Source of the DNA: Xanthobacteraceae bacterium
Lineage (GTDB): Bacteria; Pseudomonadota; Alphaproteobacteria; Rhizobiales; Xanthobacteraceae
DNA: 64,000 nucleotides
NCBI GenBank assembly: GCA_036502925.1
Contig: DASXXS010000190.1
Location: forward strand, 1,251 to 65,250
Reading direction: 5' to 3'
Below the pieces are notes generated by a model. It had not been told where the DNA came from and did no database searches. It was given only the letters and a program-made list of their open reading frames with translations. This document shows, in pieces, positions 18,444-27,677 of the stretch. The position numbers were made by a program, and so were the translations under genes. Every line of letters starts with the position of its first letter. Position 1 is the first letter of the stretch.

Positions 18444-20135
18444 TTGGCGAAATCACCCAAGGAAACCAGGCCTGACAAAGACCCCGAAGCTCGCTCCAAC
18501 GCGGCGATCGATCGGCGCAGCTTTCTCGCCTCGAGCGCGGCGGCCGGTGCGGTCGCCACGACTGCGCTGCCGGCGCAATCCGCGCAAGCGGCAGACGGGC
18601 TATCCTGGGACCATGAGGTGGATGTCGTGGTCATCGGGGCCGGCGCCGGCGGGCTGACCTCGGCCATCGCGGCGCGCGAGAAGGGTGCCTCGGTGCTGAT
18701 CGTCGAGAAGAATTTCGACATCGGCGGGCGCGCCATGATGAGCTTCGGCGGCCTCTATATCGGCGGCGGCAACCGGATGCAGAAGGCGATCGGGGCGCAG
18801 GATTCGCCCGATCAGGTGTTCGCGGATTGGTCGCGCCCCGAGAAGCCGATGGGCCGGTTCAGCGACCGGGAGCTTGTGCGCACCTATGCGGACAACAATC
18901 TCGAGCTGTTCGACTGGCTGGAAAAGCATGGGATCAAATGGGACTCCTACCGGCCCGCTCCGGATCGTCTCGACCGCTCGCGCACGCGGCTAAATGTCGT
19001 GCCCTGGCCCGACGAGGTCACCAATCCGGCGCGCGGTTCGGGATTCGTGCGGCCGCTGGCCAAGACCGCCCGGCAGATGGGCGTCGAGATCCTGCTGCAG
19101 CACCAGATGACGAAAATTCATCGCGAGGGCCCCTTGGCGGGCCGGGTTATCGGCATCACCGCCATGGAGGTTGATAACTGGTACCAGCCGAAATTCCGCA
19201 CCGTGAATATCCGCGCCCGCAAGGGTATCATCGTGGCCACCGGCGGCAGCGCCGGCAATCCGGTCTTTCGCACCATGTTCGACGTGCGGCTGACCGCGGA
19301 ATATCAGGCGGAAAACAGCGAATGGACGCAGCGCACCGCCGACGGCGAGATCGCTGCCATGGAGATCGGGGCGGCATTGGGGGCGACCGCCTGCCAGACC
19401 ACGCAGGACGACAACCTGATCAGCAAGGGCCGCATGGGCAAGAAGTCCAACGGCTCCGCCACGCAGATTTATCCGACCGCCCCGCATTTCTTTCGCGCCG
19501 GCGCCGTCGGGCTCACCGTCAAGGACTATCAGAACGTGATCCTGGTGAAGGAGAACGGGCTGCGCTTCTACAGCGAGATCACGCGCAACCAGGACTACGA
19601 ATATTTCGCGGCGGCGCTGGCCTGGACCGGCGATCCCGGGAAGCTCAACGGCGGCGGACCGATCTGGGCCATCTTCGATGCCGACGCGGTGGCGCGCGAG
19701 AAGTGGCAGGTCAAGCCGCCCTACGTGGATCCTTACGGCTATTTCTTCAGCGCCGATACGCTCGAGGAACTGGCTGCCCGGATTGTCAACGAATACCAGT
19801 GGCGGCCGATGCCGCCCGCGACGCTGCGCCAGACGGTGGAAAAATACAATTCCTTCGTCGATACGGGCGTCGATGCCGATTTCAAGAAGCCGAGGCCCAT
19901 GCACAAGATCGCCACGCCGCCGTTCTACGCGGCTTGGCATACGCCCGCGCTGCACGATTCCTATACCGGCATCCGCATCAACACTATCGGCCAGGTGATC
20001 GACCTGCACGGCGAGGTCATCCCCGGCCTCTATGCCTGCGGCGATTCAGCCGGCGGGTTCGGCCAGCACGGTATCTGCCGGGCCGCTACCTTCGGCCGCC
20101 TCGCCGGCATGCATGCGGCCCAACTGCCCGCGTGA
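18444..20135 (+). CDS. Tat-exported FAD-dependent oxidoreductase (fumarate reductase/KstD-like flavoprotein fold)
   Basis: Twin-arginine signal IDRRSFLASSAAAGAVATTALPAQSAQA. FAD fingerprint VDVVVIGAGAGGLTSAIAAREKGASVLIVEK. TTG 18444 is preceded by GGGAGG. An alternative ATG at 18303 forms an ATGA overlap with the uppS stop. Confidence 0.8.
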   Translation: MAKSPKETRPDKDPEARSNAAIDRRSFLASSAAAGAVATTALPAQSAQAADGLSWDHEVDVVVIGAGAGGLTSAIAAREKGASVLIVEKNFDIGGRAMMSFGGLYIGGGNRMQKAIGAQDSPDQVFADWSRPEKPMGRFSDRELVRTYADNNLELFDWLEKHGIKWDSYRPAPDRLDRSRTRLNVVPWPDEVTNPARGSGFVRPLAKTARQMGVEILLQHQMTKIHREGPLAGRVIGITAMEVDNWYQPKFRTVNIRARKGIIVATGGSAGNPVFRTMFDVRLTAEYQAENSEWTQRTADGEIAAMEIGAALGATACQTTQDDNLISKGRMGKKSNGSATQIYPTAPHFFRAGAVGLTVKDYQNVILVKENGLRFYSEITRNQDYEYFAAALAWTGDPGKLNGGGPIWAIFDADAVAREKWQVKPPYVDPYGYFFSADTLEELAARIVNEYQWRPMPPATLRQTVEKYNSFVDTGVDADFKKPRPMHKIATPPFYAAWHTPALHDSYTGIRINTIGQVIDLHGEVIPGLYACGDSAGGFGQHGICRAATFGRLAGMHAAQLPA

Positions 20136-20146
20136 ACGCGGTACTC

Positions 20147-20213
20147 GTCCCGGCCTTGAGCCGGGACCGTTCCGGACTCCGGCGTTTGGAATGGTCCCGG
20201 CTCATGGCCGGGG
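20147..20213. repeat. REP-like palindromic element, type A, copy 1
   Basis: GTCCCGGCCTTGAGCCGGGACCGTTCC...GGAATGGTCCCGGCTCATGGCCGGGG. Nested inverted repeats, and the same element recurs at 45407..45506 and 47135..47201. Confidence 0.85.
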
Positions 20214-20267
20214 CAAGTGCGGCCATGTGATACCCATGCGAACTGCCACGAAAGGGCGCTGGTGCAA

Positions 20268-22061
20268 ATGAAGAACATGCTCAACGGGGCTCAGGTCATC
20301 GTCGACTATCTCGTTCGCGAGAAGGTGCCGCAGGTCTTCGGCCTGTGTGGCCACGGCAATATTCAATTCATCGATGCGCTCTATGAGCGATCCCACGACA
20401 TCAAGACATTGTCGGTGCACCACGAGACGGTGGCCGGCTTCATGGCCGATGTGTATTACCGCGTGTCCGGCCGGCCGACCGCGACCTTCACGTCCTGTGG
20501 TCCCGGCTCGGCCAATCTGCCCATCGCGCTCGGCAACGCCTTTTTGGATTCAGTGCCGTTTCTGGCCGTGACCGGCAATGTGCCGACCAGCCAGTTCAAT
20601 CGCGGCGCCTTCCAGGAGCTCTACCGGCACTATCAGGCCGATTTTCCCTCGACCGTCCGGGCCTATTGCAAGCGCGTGTTTCAGCCGACCCGTGGCGAGA
20701 TGGTGCCGCTTGCCATCCGGCAAGCCTGGAAGACAATGACCACCGGACGGCCGGGGCCGGTCGTGCTTGACGTGCCGTTCGATGTCTTTCTGGAAGCTGC
20801 CGCCGAGGAAACGCCGCGGCCGGAGGACTGGAACGCCAACATCTCCTGCCGCTGCGGGGCCGATCCTGACGGCGTGCGCAAGGCCGTGGACATGCTGCTG
20901 TCGGCGCGCCGGCCGGTGATCCTGGTGGGGCAGGGGATGCGTTACGGCCGCGCCGGCGCCGATCTGCTGGCGGTCGCGGAGCGCCTGCAGATTCCGATCG
21001 CGTCCTCCTCGAGCGGGCTCGGGGCGGTGAGCAGCGAGCATCCGCTGGCCCTGGGTCTGGTCGCCCGCAATGGCCCCTATCAGGCCAACCATGCGACCCG
21101 GCAGGCCGATGTGCTGCTGGCCCTGGGCGTGCGGTTCGACGATCGCACCTCGAGCTCCTGGCTGCCCGGCTACTCCTTCACCATCCCGCCCACCAAGCTG
21201 ATCCACGTCGACATCGATCCGGAGGAGATCGGCCGCAATTATCCGGTGGCGCTCGGCCTGATGGCGGACGTGCGCACGTTTCTGCGCCAGGTGCTGGCCG
21301 AGCTGGAGACGCGCCGCAACCTCGATACGGTGGCGCAGGCCAACAAGAAATGGCTCGCGGAGATCGACACCTACCGGGCGCAATGGAACGCCTTTATCGC
21401 GCCCGGCTTCTCCGACGACAGCAGCCCGATCCATCCGCAACGCGCCGCGGCCGTCATCGATCAGGTGCTGCCCAAGGATGCGATCGTGGTCAGCGATATC
21501 GGGGTGCACCACAATTGGCTCATCGAATTCTGCAAGCCGACGCGTCCCGACTCGCTCATCGGCTCCATGGGTTTCGGGCCGATGGGGTTCGGGGTCGCCG
21601 GCGTGCTCGGCGCCAAGGTCGCGGCGCCCGATCGGCCCTGCGTCTCGGTGTGCGGCGATGGTGCGTTCATGATGCACGCCAGCGTGCTGGCGACGGCGGT
21701 CGAGTACGACCTGCCGGCGGTGTGGGTGATCTGGAACAATTACGCCTATGCCTCGATCCGCGGCCTGCAACGCGGCTATCTGGGCGGGCGCGAGCTGGCG
21801 ACCGATTTCCACGATCCCAGGACCGGCGCGCGCTACAATCCCGATTTTGCCGCCATGGCGCGCTCGGCTGGCGTCGAAGGCGTGCGGGTCGACCGGGCGG
21901 CTGATCTGGGAGACGCCATCAAGGCCGCGGTCAACGCCAACCGGCCGTTCCTGATCGACGCCGACATCGGCGCCGACAAGAATCCCGGTGGTTCCGGTGT
22001 CTGGGAGCTTCCCGGTCTGGGCCAAAGCCAGCCGGCTTTCGGCGACAGATATCAGCCGTGA
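20268..22061 (+). CDS. Thiamine-diphosphate-dependent enzyme (acetolactate synthase large-subunit-like family)
   Basis: GPGSANLPIALGNAFLDSVPFLAVTG in the Pyr domain. GDGAFMMHASVLATAVEYDLPAVWVIWNN is the TPP-binding GDG...NN motif. Substrate unknown. Confidence 0.85.
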   Translation: MKNMLNGAQVIVDYLVREKVPQVFGLCGHGNIQFIDALYERSHDIKTLSVHHETVAGFMADVYYRVSGRPTATFTSCGPGSANLPIALGNAFLDSVPFLAVTGNVPTSQFNRGAFQELYRHYQADFPSTVRAYCKRVFQPTRGEMVPLAIRQAWKTMTTGRPGPVVLDVPFDVFLEAAAEETPRPEDWNANISCRCGADPDGVRKAVDMLLSARRPVILVGQGMRYGRAGADLLAVAERLQIPIASSSSGLGAVSSEHPLALGLVARNGPYQANHATRQADVLLALGVRFDDRTSSSWLPGYSFTIPPTKLIHVDIDPEEIGRNYPVALGLMADVRTFLRQVLAELETRRNLDTVAQANKKWLAEIDTYRAQWNAFIAPGFSDDSSPIHPQRAAAVIDQVLPKDAIVVSDIGVHHNWLIEFCKPTRPDSLIGSMGFGPMGFGVAGVLGAKVAAPDRPCVSVCGDGAFMMHASVLATAVEYDLPAVWVIWNNYAYASIRGLQRGYLGGRELATDFHDPRTGARYNPDFAAMARSAGVEGVRVDRAADLGDAIKAAVNANRPFLIDADIGADKNPGGSGVWELPGLGQSQPAFGDRYQP

Positions 22062-22065
22062 CGTA

Positions 22066-22779
22066 CTAAGCCGGCCATGGCTTGGGCGGGGCGAATGACG
22101 TCGCGGTGAACGAGATTTCCGTGATCGCCTTCAGGCTGCGCGCGCCGTAACGGAACGGAACGATCAGGCGAAGCGGGGCGCCGTGTTGCGGCGGGATGGG
22201 TTCATCGTTGAGCAGCCACGCGAGGATGACCTGCGGGTGCATGAGCGTCTTCATGTCCTCGTCGATGAAGTAGGCGTCCGAGCCCACCAGCCGGCCGTAA
22301 TAGGCGAAGCTCTGCACGCCCATTGCCTGGGCGAAATCGGAGAAGCGAACCCCTGTCCACTTCACGATGCCATGGGGCGTCGGCGCGCCGCACTGCAGCA
22401 GCGTCACGTAAGAATGCCGCGGCAGCTTCTCGAGATCCGCGAAAGTCAGCGTGCCGGAGAGCCTGGCTGTGCCGCGCGCGTCGAGCTTGATCTTCATTTT
22501 GCGGTAATCGAACTCGATGTCGGGCGTCTGGTTTTTCGTGCGCCACAGCACGCCCGTAATGGTTCCCGCCTCCTGGGGCGCGTATTCGACCGCCGAGCCG
22601 TCGGGCATGAGCGCCAGTTGAGCCGCGCCCCGCAATTTCGTGTCGACCAGACCCTCGGATTGCGGCTGCGCGGCTTGGGCCGCCGCCGACGTCGGCTTCG
22701 CGGCTCCCAGCGACAATCCCGCAAGAGCGGTGGTGGAAAGTCGGATGGCCTCGCGCCGAGACATACTCAGGGTGTCCAT
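22066..22779 (-). CDS. Tat-exported molybdopterin-binding oxidoreductase domain protein (sulfite oxidase/YedY-like)
   Basis: Start moved to MDTLSMSRREAIRLSTTALAGLSLGAA (Tat-like). TLLQCGAP cysteine and HGAPLRLIVPFRYGARSLKAITEI, typical of the Oxidored_molyb domain. Confidence 0.75.
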   Translation of the reverse strand: MDTLSMSRREAIRLSTTALAGLSLGAAKPTSAAAQAAQPQSEGLVDTKLRGAAQLALMPDGSAVEYAPQEAGTITGVLWRTKNQTPDIEFDYRKMKIKLDARGTARLSGTLTFADLEKLPRHSYVTLLQCGAPTPHGIVKWTGVRFSDFAQAMGVQSFAYYGRLVGSDAYFIDEDMKTLMHPQVILAWLLNDEPIPPQHGAPLRLIVPFRYGARSLKAITEISFTATSFAPPKPWPA

Positions 22780-22946
22780 CGGGCGTCTCCGCTGTTGTGC
22801 TGCGACGCCAAGGCTAGCCCTTCGGCGCCCCCGCTGCCATAGCGTGACGGCCATTTGCCGCGCGAGTTTTGAGTAGGGACGAAAGCCGAAACGGCCTATC
22901 CTTGCGGGATGCCACGACCATGTGCCGTTCACACCGGGAGCCGGAC

Positions 22947-23939
22947 ATGATCGACAGCCGTACCTGCATCGCCATTTTCGCTGCATCTGCACTCGGTCTG
23001 CTCGCCGCTTCCGACCCCGCTTCGGCGCAGGGCTGGCCGAGCCGGCCGATGACCATGGTGGTTCCGTTCGCGGCCGGCGGCGGGGCCGACACTATGGGGC
23101 GGATTCTGGCGGCGCGGCTGTCCGAAATCCTGGGGCAACAGGTGATCGTCGAGAATGTCGGCGGCGCCGGCGGCATGACGGGCTCCTACCGGATCGTGAA
23201 GGCCGCGCCCGACGGCTATCAATTCGTGCTCGGCACCAACGGCACCCACGCGCAGAATCAATCCCTCTACAAGAACCCGCTCTACAACGCGGCGACCGAT
23301 TTCGCGCCGGTCGCGCTGATCGGCGAGCAGCCGATCGCGCTCATGACGCGCAAGGACTTGCCTGCCGACAGTCTGCAGCAATTCATCGCTTACGCGAAGG
23401 CGAACCAGGCCGGTATGAAATACGGCTCGGCCGGGGCTGGCTCCGCGGTCCAGCTCTCCTGCGTGCTGTTCAATTCCGCCAATGGACTCACCGTCACCCA
23501 TGTTCCGTATCGCGGCAGCGCGCCCGCCATGCAGGATTTGATCGCCGGCCGCATCGACTATCAGTGCGCCAACCTGGCCCCTGCGCTCGGGCAGATCGAG
23601 GACCATCAGGTGAAGGCGATCGCGGCCCTCGGGCGACACCGCACCGCACTCATGCCGGCTTTGCCGACCGCCGACGAGCAGGGTTTAGCTGGGTTCGATG
23701 CCGTCCTCTGGTACGGCATTTTCCTGCCCAAGGGCACGCCCGCGGAGATCGTCCAAAAGCTCAACGCCGCCGTCATCGCCACCCTGGACACGCCGTCCTT
23801 GCAGGAGCGCTTGAAGCAGATCGGCGCTGAGCTTGCCGCGCCCGACCAGCGCTCGAGCGAATATCTCGGCAAGCTGGTCGAGAGCGAGATCGTGAAATGG
23901 GCCGGCCCGATCAAGGCAAGCGGCGTGACGGCGGATTGA
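22947..23939 (+). CDS. Bug/TctC family periplasmic solute-binding protein
   Basis: Start MIDSRTCIAIFAASALG. WPSRPMTMVVPFAAGGGADTMGR and VPYRGSAPAMQDLIAGRID are Bug hallmarks. Close paralog of 42285..43328. Confidence 0.88.
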   Translation: MIDSRTCIAIFAASALGLLAASDPASAQGWPSRPMTMVVPFAAGGGADTMGRILAARLSEILGQQVIVENVGGAGGMTGSYRIVKAAPDGYQFVLGTNGTHAQNQSLYKNPLYNAATDFAPVALIGEQPIALMTRKDLPADSLQQFIAYAKANQAGMKYGSAGAGSAVQLSCVLFNSANGLTVTHVPYRGSAPAMQDLIAGRIDYQCANLAPALGQIEDHQVKAIAALGRHRTALMPALPTADEQGLAGFDAVLWYGIFLPKGTPAEIVQKLNAAVIATLDTPSLQERLKQIGAELAAPDQRSSEYLGKLVESEIVKWAGPIKASGVTAD

Positions 23940-24029
23940 CTTGAAGCACTGCCGCGGACGCAAGCGCTTCCCCGGATCAAGTCCGGGAAGGGCGACAAAC
24001 GCTGTCTCGTTATTTTTGGCTGGCCGAAG

Positions 24030-25457
24030 TTAGAGCGAGGGCTGCGCCATGGTCTCGACCAGCAGTCCAACGTCGTCGGTCTCTTCGATCGCCCACAATC
24101 CGCGCGCCAGCTCGGCGGTGCCGGCGGCGCCGAGAGCGGGCGCGACGAGAGCGTGGAACTTGGCTTGCAGGCCCTGATCGTCGAGCGGCACCAGCCGTGA
24201 GCCGAGCGCCTCGTCGGCCTGGCGCGTGAAGGTGCCGTGCGCCGTGGTGAGCGTTACCCGGGCCGGACGCAATTGCGGATAGAGCCGGTCGATCGCGGGC
24301 GGCGCCGTGACATGGACTTTGGCGGCAAGCGCGGCGAGCAACCGGTCGCGACGGTGCTGCTCGCCAAAATGTTCCAGCTTGATCGCGCGGAACTTGAGCG
24401 CCAGTGCCATCAGGTAAGGGAAGCTGAGTTGGGCGCTGGCAAAATCATCCCAGCCGGTTTCGGCATGCTCGGCGGCGATGCGGTAGGTCTCGGTGTCGAC
24501 GCGGATGATCTCTTCGGTCGCGATGTTCTCGTCCGTGAGCAGGCCGATCATCGCCTCCACGGCCGGCTGGATATGGCGGCAGCACGGATAGGGCTTGATG
24601 TAGCAATCGATGATGCCGAACGGCACCGAAGGCGGCAGCTCGATGCCGCGCGCCCGGCCGGCACGGCCGAACGCAAAGGCCTGCATGAAGCCGTCGCGCG
24701 CCTCAAGCACATTGGGCGGCCCTTCGATGCCTTGTCCTGCCAGCAGCGCCGCTTGCAGCCCCTCGCGGGCGGCGTGGCCGGCGTGCAGCCGCTTGATATC
24801 GGCGCCGCCATTGACGAAGGCAAACAGTCCGGCACCGCTGCTCGCCGCGAGCCCCAGCGCGTTGGCCAGCCGCGGGGCGGAAAGGCCGCGCAGCTTGCCG
24901 GCCGCCATGGCGGCTCCCAGCACCGCCACCGCCCCGGTCGGATGGAAGCCGCGCTGGCGCAGGTCGGGATGGCAGGCACGGCCGATGGCGGTCACGGTCT
25001 CGTAGCCCGCCGCCAGCGCCTCGATGAATGCCCTGCCGGACGTCTTCCGGCCACTTTTGCGACCTTGGGCGAGGGCGAGCAATGCCGGCACCACGGTGCA
25101 ACCCGGATGCACCGAGCCCTGCCGGTAGCCGTCGTCGAGCTCGATGCCATGGGCCGCGGTGCCGCCCAGGAAGGCGGCGTCCAGGAGATCGGCACGCCGC
25201 GCGCGCCCCGGCACCGCCACGCTGCCGGCCGGCCGTACCGACGCCAGCATCGCCTCGGCGCGGGTGGCCACGTCGCCGCCGGCGCCCGCGATCATCACCC
25301 CGACGGTGTCCATGAGATGGCGCTTGGCGTAATGACGGACCTCCTGGCTGAGCTCGCCAAAGCGCAGCCCGCTCACGAAGCCGACCAGCGCGCCGGTTGC
25401 GCCGCCGCCTGGATCAACCGCGTGCAGGGCTTCGGCGGACGACATGGAATTCTCCAA
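24030..25457 (-). CDS. MmgE/PrpD family protein
   Basis: 475 aa. LGGTAAHGIELDDGYRQGSVHPGCTVVPALLAL and the overall length are typical of the 2-methylcitrate dehydratase superfamily. Confidence 0.85.
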   Translation of the reverse strand: MENSMSSAEALHAVDPGGGATGALVGFVSGLRFGELSQEVRHYAKRHLMDTVGVMIAGAGGDVATRAEAMLASVRPAGSVAVPGRARRADLLDAAFLGGTAAHGIELDDGYRQGSVHPGCTVVPALLALAQGRKSGRKTSGRAFIEALAAGYETVTAIGRACHPDLRQRGFHPTGAVAVLGAAMAAGKLRGLSAPRLANALGLAASSGAGLFAFVNGGADIKRLHAGHAAREGLQAALLAGQGIEGPPNVLEARDGFMQAFAFGRAGRARGIELPPSVPFGIIDCYIKPYPCCRHIQPAVEAMIGLLTDENIATEEIIRVDTETYRIAAEHAETGWDDFASAQLSFPYLMALALKFRAIKLEHFGEQHRRDRLLAALAAKVHVTAPPAIDRLYPQLRPARVTLTTAHGTFTRQADEALGSRLVPLDDQGLQAKFHALVAPALGAAGTAELARGLWAIEETDDVGLLVETMAQPSL

Positions 25458-25489
25458 TCAACGCGGCTCCTTGGGCCGATGCCTGAAGC

Positions 25490-27616
25490 TTACACCATAA
25501 GCTTCACCAGCGTGTCGACCGCGACCACGCCGAGTCCTGCCGGCCGGACGATCAACGGATTGATCTCGGCCTCCAGGATGGCGGGGCCGTCCATCACGGC
25601 GAGCCGCGACAGCGCGACGATCGCCTGCGCCAGTGCGGCGAGATCGCCCGCCGGCAGGCCGCGATAGCCGGCGAGCCGCGTGAGGGCGCGCACCTCGGAG
25701 ATCATCTGGTGCGCGGTGGCGAGGTCGACCGGCGCCAGGCGCAGGCTGCGGTCGCGATCGATTTCGGTGAAGATGCCCCCGGCCGCCGCCATGACGAGAG
25801 GCCCGACGTCGCGATCCACCCGGTAGCCGATGAGGATCTCGCCGAGGCCGGAGATCATGGGCTGCACCAGTACCCGATCCACGGTGGTGCCGGGCTGGCG
25901 TTCCGCAACGCTCGCGCGGATCTGCCGGATCGCCGCCAGCAGCGCATCGCTGTCCGGGACCCCGAGCACGATCCCGCCGATGTCGGTCTTGTGCGCGATC
26001 CCGGCCAACTTGACGGCGACCGGATAAGGGAAGGGCAGGGCCGGGACGCGCGTCACGTTGACGTCGATCGCGATCGTCGGTGCACGGGCGATCCCGAGGC
26101 GATCGAGCAGCCCGTGAGTTTCGAGCTCGTCGCCCCAGCCGCCGCCATCGCCCGGGCTAGCCCCATCGCCGAGATCCGCAGACCGGGTCGGCGCGGTGAG
26201 CAACCGAGGCTCTCGACGCCTCAGCGCGGCCGCGATGGCGTCGGCGCAGGCCTCAGGGGTGCGGAAATTCGGCACGCCGGCCCGGCTCAGTGCCGCCAGA
26301 GCGGCGGGAGCATCCGGGACCAGGAAGGCGGCAAGCGGCTTGGCGGAGCCCGCACAGTCGATGATCGGCTTGACGGCGAGGTCGGGGTGAAACCGCGCCG
26401 AGGAGCCGACGACCGCCAGCACGAGATCGAATTCCGGTGCCGTTACAATGACATCGAGGGCGGCCTTCATGCTCTCGTAGCGGGTTCCCGCCAGCGTGAG
26501 ATCAATGAGCCGCGCCGGCTTGACCGCAATGCCGGCGGCGGCGAGCCGCGCCAAGGTGGCGGCGCTGGGTGGCTCGATCCGCACCCCGCGCACCGCCAGC
26601 GGGTCGACCACCATGGTGGCGCCGCCGGCCGTGGTGGTGACCACGCCCACCTGGGGCGGCCGCGCGCCTTCCGCCACTCGCGCGCGCATCGGCACGCGGG
26701 CCAGCAGCGGCATTCCCTCGATCAGGCCGTCCAGGGTATCGACCCGCGCCATGCCGCAATCGGCCAGGAACGCTGCCGCCACATCGTCCTCGCCGGCTAG
26801 CGCGCCGGTGTGGGAGACCGCGAGCTCGCGCGCCTCGAACGAACGCCCGAGTTTGTAGGCCAGGATCGGTTTGCTGCATCGTGCGGCCGCGAGCGCGAAG
26901 GCGCGCAGCGTATCGGCATGACGCAGCGATTCGAGGAACAGCATGTAGCCCTCGATCGCCGGATCATCGAGCGTTGCCGCGCAGATCTCGCCGAGCGAAA
27001 GATCGACCTCGTTGCCGACCGAGATAAGGCCGGCAAAACCGATGCCGCGCGCCAGGCCGCGCGACAGCAGCGCCCCGATCATCCCGCCGCTATGGGAAGC
27101 GGCAAAGATGCGGCCGGCCGGGAGCGGGTGCTCGTCGAAAGCCGCGTTGGCGGTCAGCATCACCTTGGCGCGCAGGTTCACCACGCCGAGGCTCGATGGC
27201 CCGACGATGCGCAGCCCGGTGCGGGCGGTGACGTCGCGCAACTGCGCCACGCGCGCCGCGCCCGCCTCGCCCGCCTCGGTGAAGCCGTCGGCGAGCACGG
27301 TCGCGATTTTCACGCCGAGCCGGCCGCAGTCCTGCACGGCTTCGACCGCGTCTTGCGTTCCGGTCACGATATAGACGTGCTCCGGCACCTCCGGCAGCGC
27401 CGCGAGCGAGGGCCAGGCGCGCTCGCCCAGCACCGTTTCGCGCCGCCCGTTCACCGGATAGATGCGTCCCGCATAGCCGGCCTGCTGCAAATATTTGAGC
27501 GGCCGGCCGGCGGTCTTGCCGGCGTCGTTTGATTGGCCGACGATCGCGACCGAGCGCGGCGCCAGCAGCGCCTGCGCCAGGCCGCCCGTGTTGGTCTCAT
27601 TCGGCGGCGTCAGCAT
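25490..27616 (-). CDS. ADP-forming acyl-CoA synthetase (CoA-binding + succinyl-CoA ligase-like + ATP-grasp)
   Basis: 708 aa. PRSVAIVGQSNDAGKTAGRPLKYL CoA-binding start, LRIVGPSSLGVVN, and a C-terminal ATP-grasp segment (YPVAVKLAGIAHKTDIGGIVLG). Confidence 0.88.
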   Translation of the reverse strand: MLTPPNETNTGGLAQALLAPRSVAIVGQSNDAGKTAGRPLKYLQQAGYAGRIYPVNGRRETVLGERAWPSLAALPEVPEHVYIVTGTQDAVEAVQDCGRLGVKIATVLADGFTEAGEAGAARVAQLRDVTARTGLRIVGPSSLGVVNLRAKVMLTANAAFDEHPLPAGRIFAASHSGGMIGALLSRGLARGIGFAGLISVGNEVDLSLGEICAATLDDPAIEGYMLFLESLRHADTLRAFALAAARCSKPILAYKLGRSFEARELAVSHTGALAGEDDVAAAFLADCGMARVDTLDGLIEGMPLLARVPMRARVAEGARPPQVGVVTTTAGGATMVVDPLAVRGVRIEPPSAATLARLAAAGIAVKPARLIDLTLAGTRYESMKAALDVIVTAPEFDLVLAVVGSSARFHPDLAVKPIIDCAGSAKPLAAFLVPDAPAALAALSRAGVPNFRTPEACADAIAAALRRREPRLLTAPTRSADLGDGASPGDGGGWGDELETHGLLDRLGIARAPTIAIDVNVTRVPALPFPYPVAVKLAGIAHKTDIGGIVLGVPDSDALLAAIRQIRASVAERQPGTTVDRVLVQPMISGLGEILIGYRVDRDVGPLVMAAAGGIFTEIDRDRSLRLAPVDLATAHQMISEVRALTRLAGYRGLPAGDLAALAQAIVALSRLAVMDGPAILEAEINPLIVRPAGLGVVAVDTLVKLMV

Positions 27617-27677
27617 GGCGTTTGCGCTGATCGAAGCGGCGATCGAAGATGTGCTCGGCGATGCGATTCTTCAGAAT

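Noticed and set aside
20268-22061. Specific assignment of the TPP enzyme (sulfoacetaldehyde acetyltransferase Xsc, IolD, glyoxylate carboligase)
   Set aside because: The N-terminal sequence does not match what I remember of Xsc, Gcl or IolD beyond the generic TPP-family fold. I kept the family-level call.
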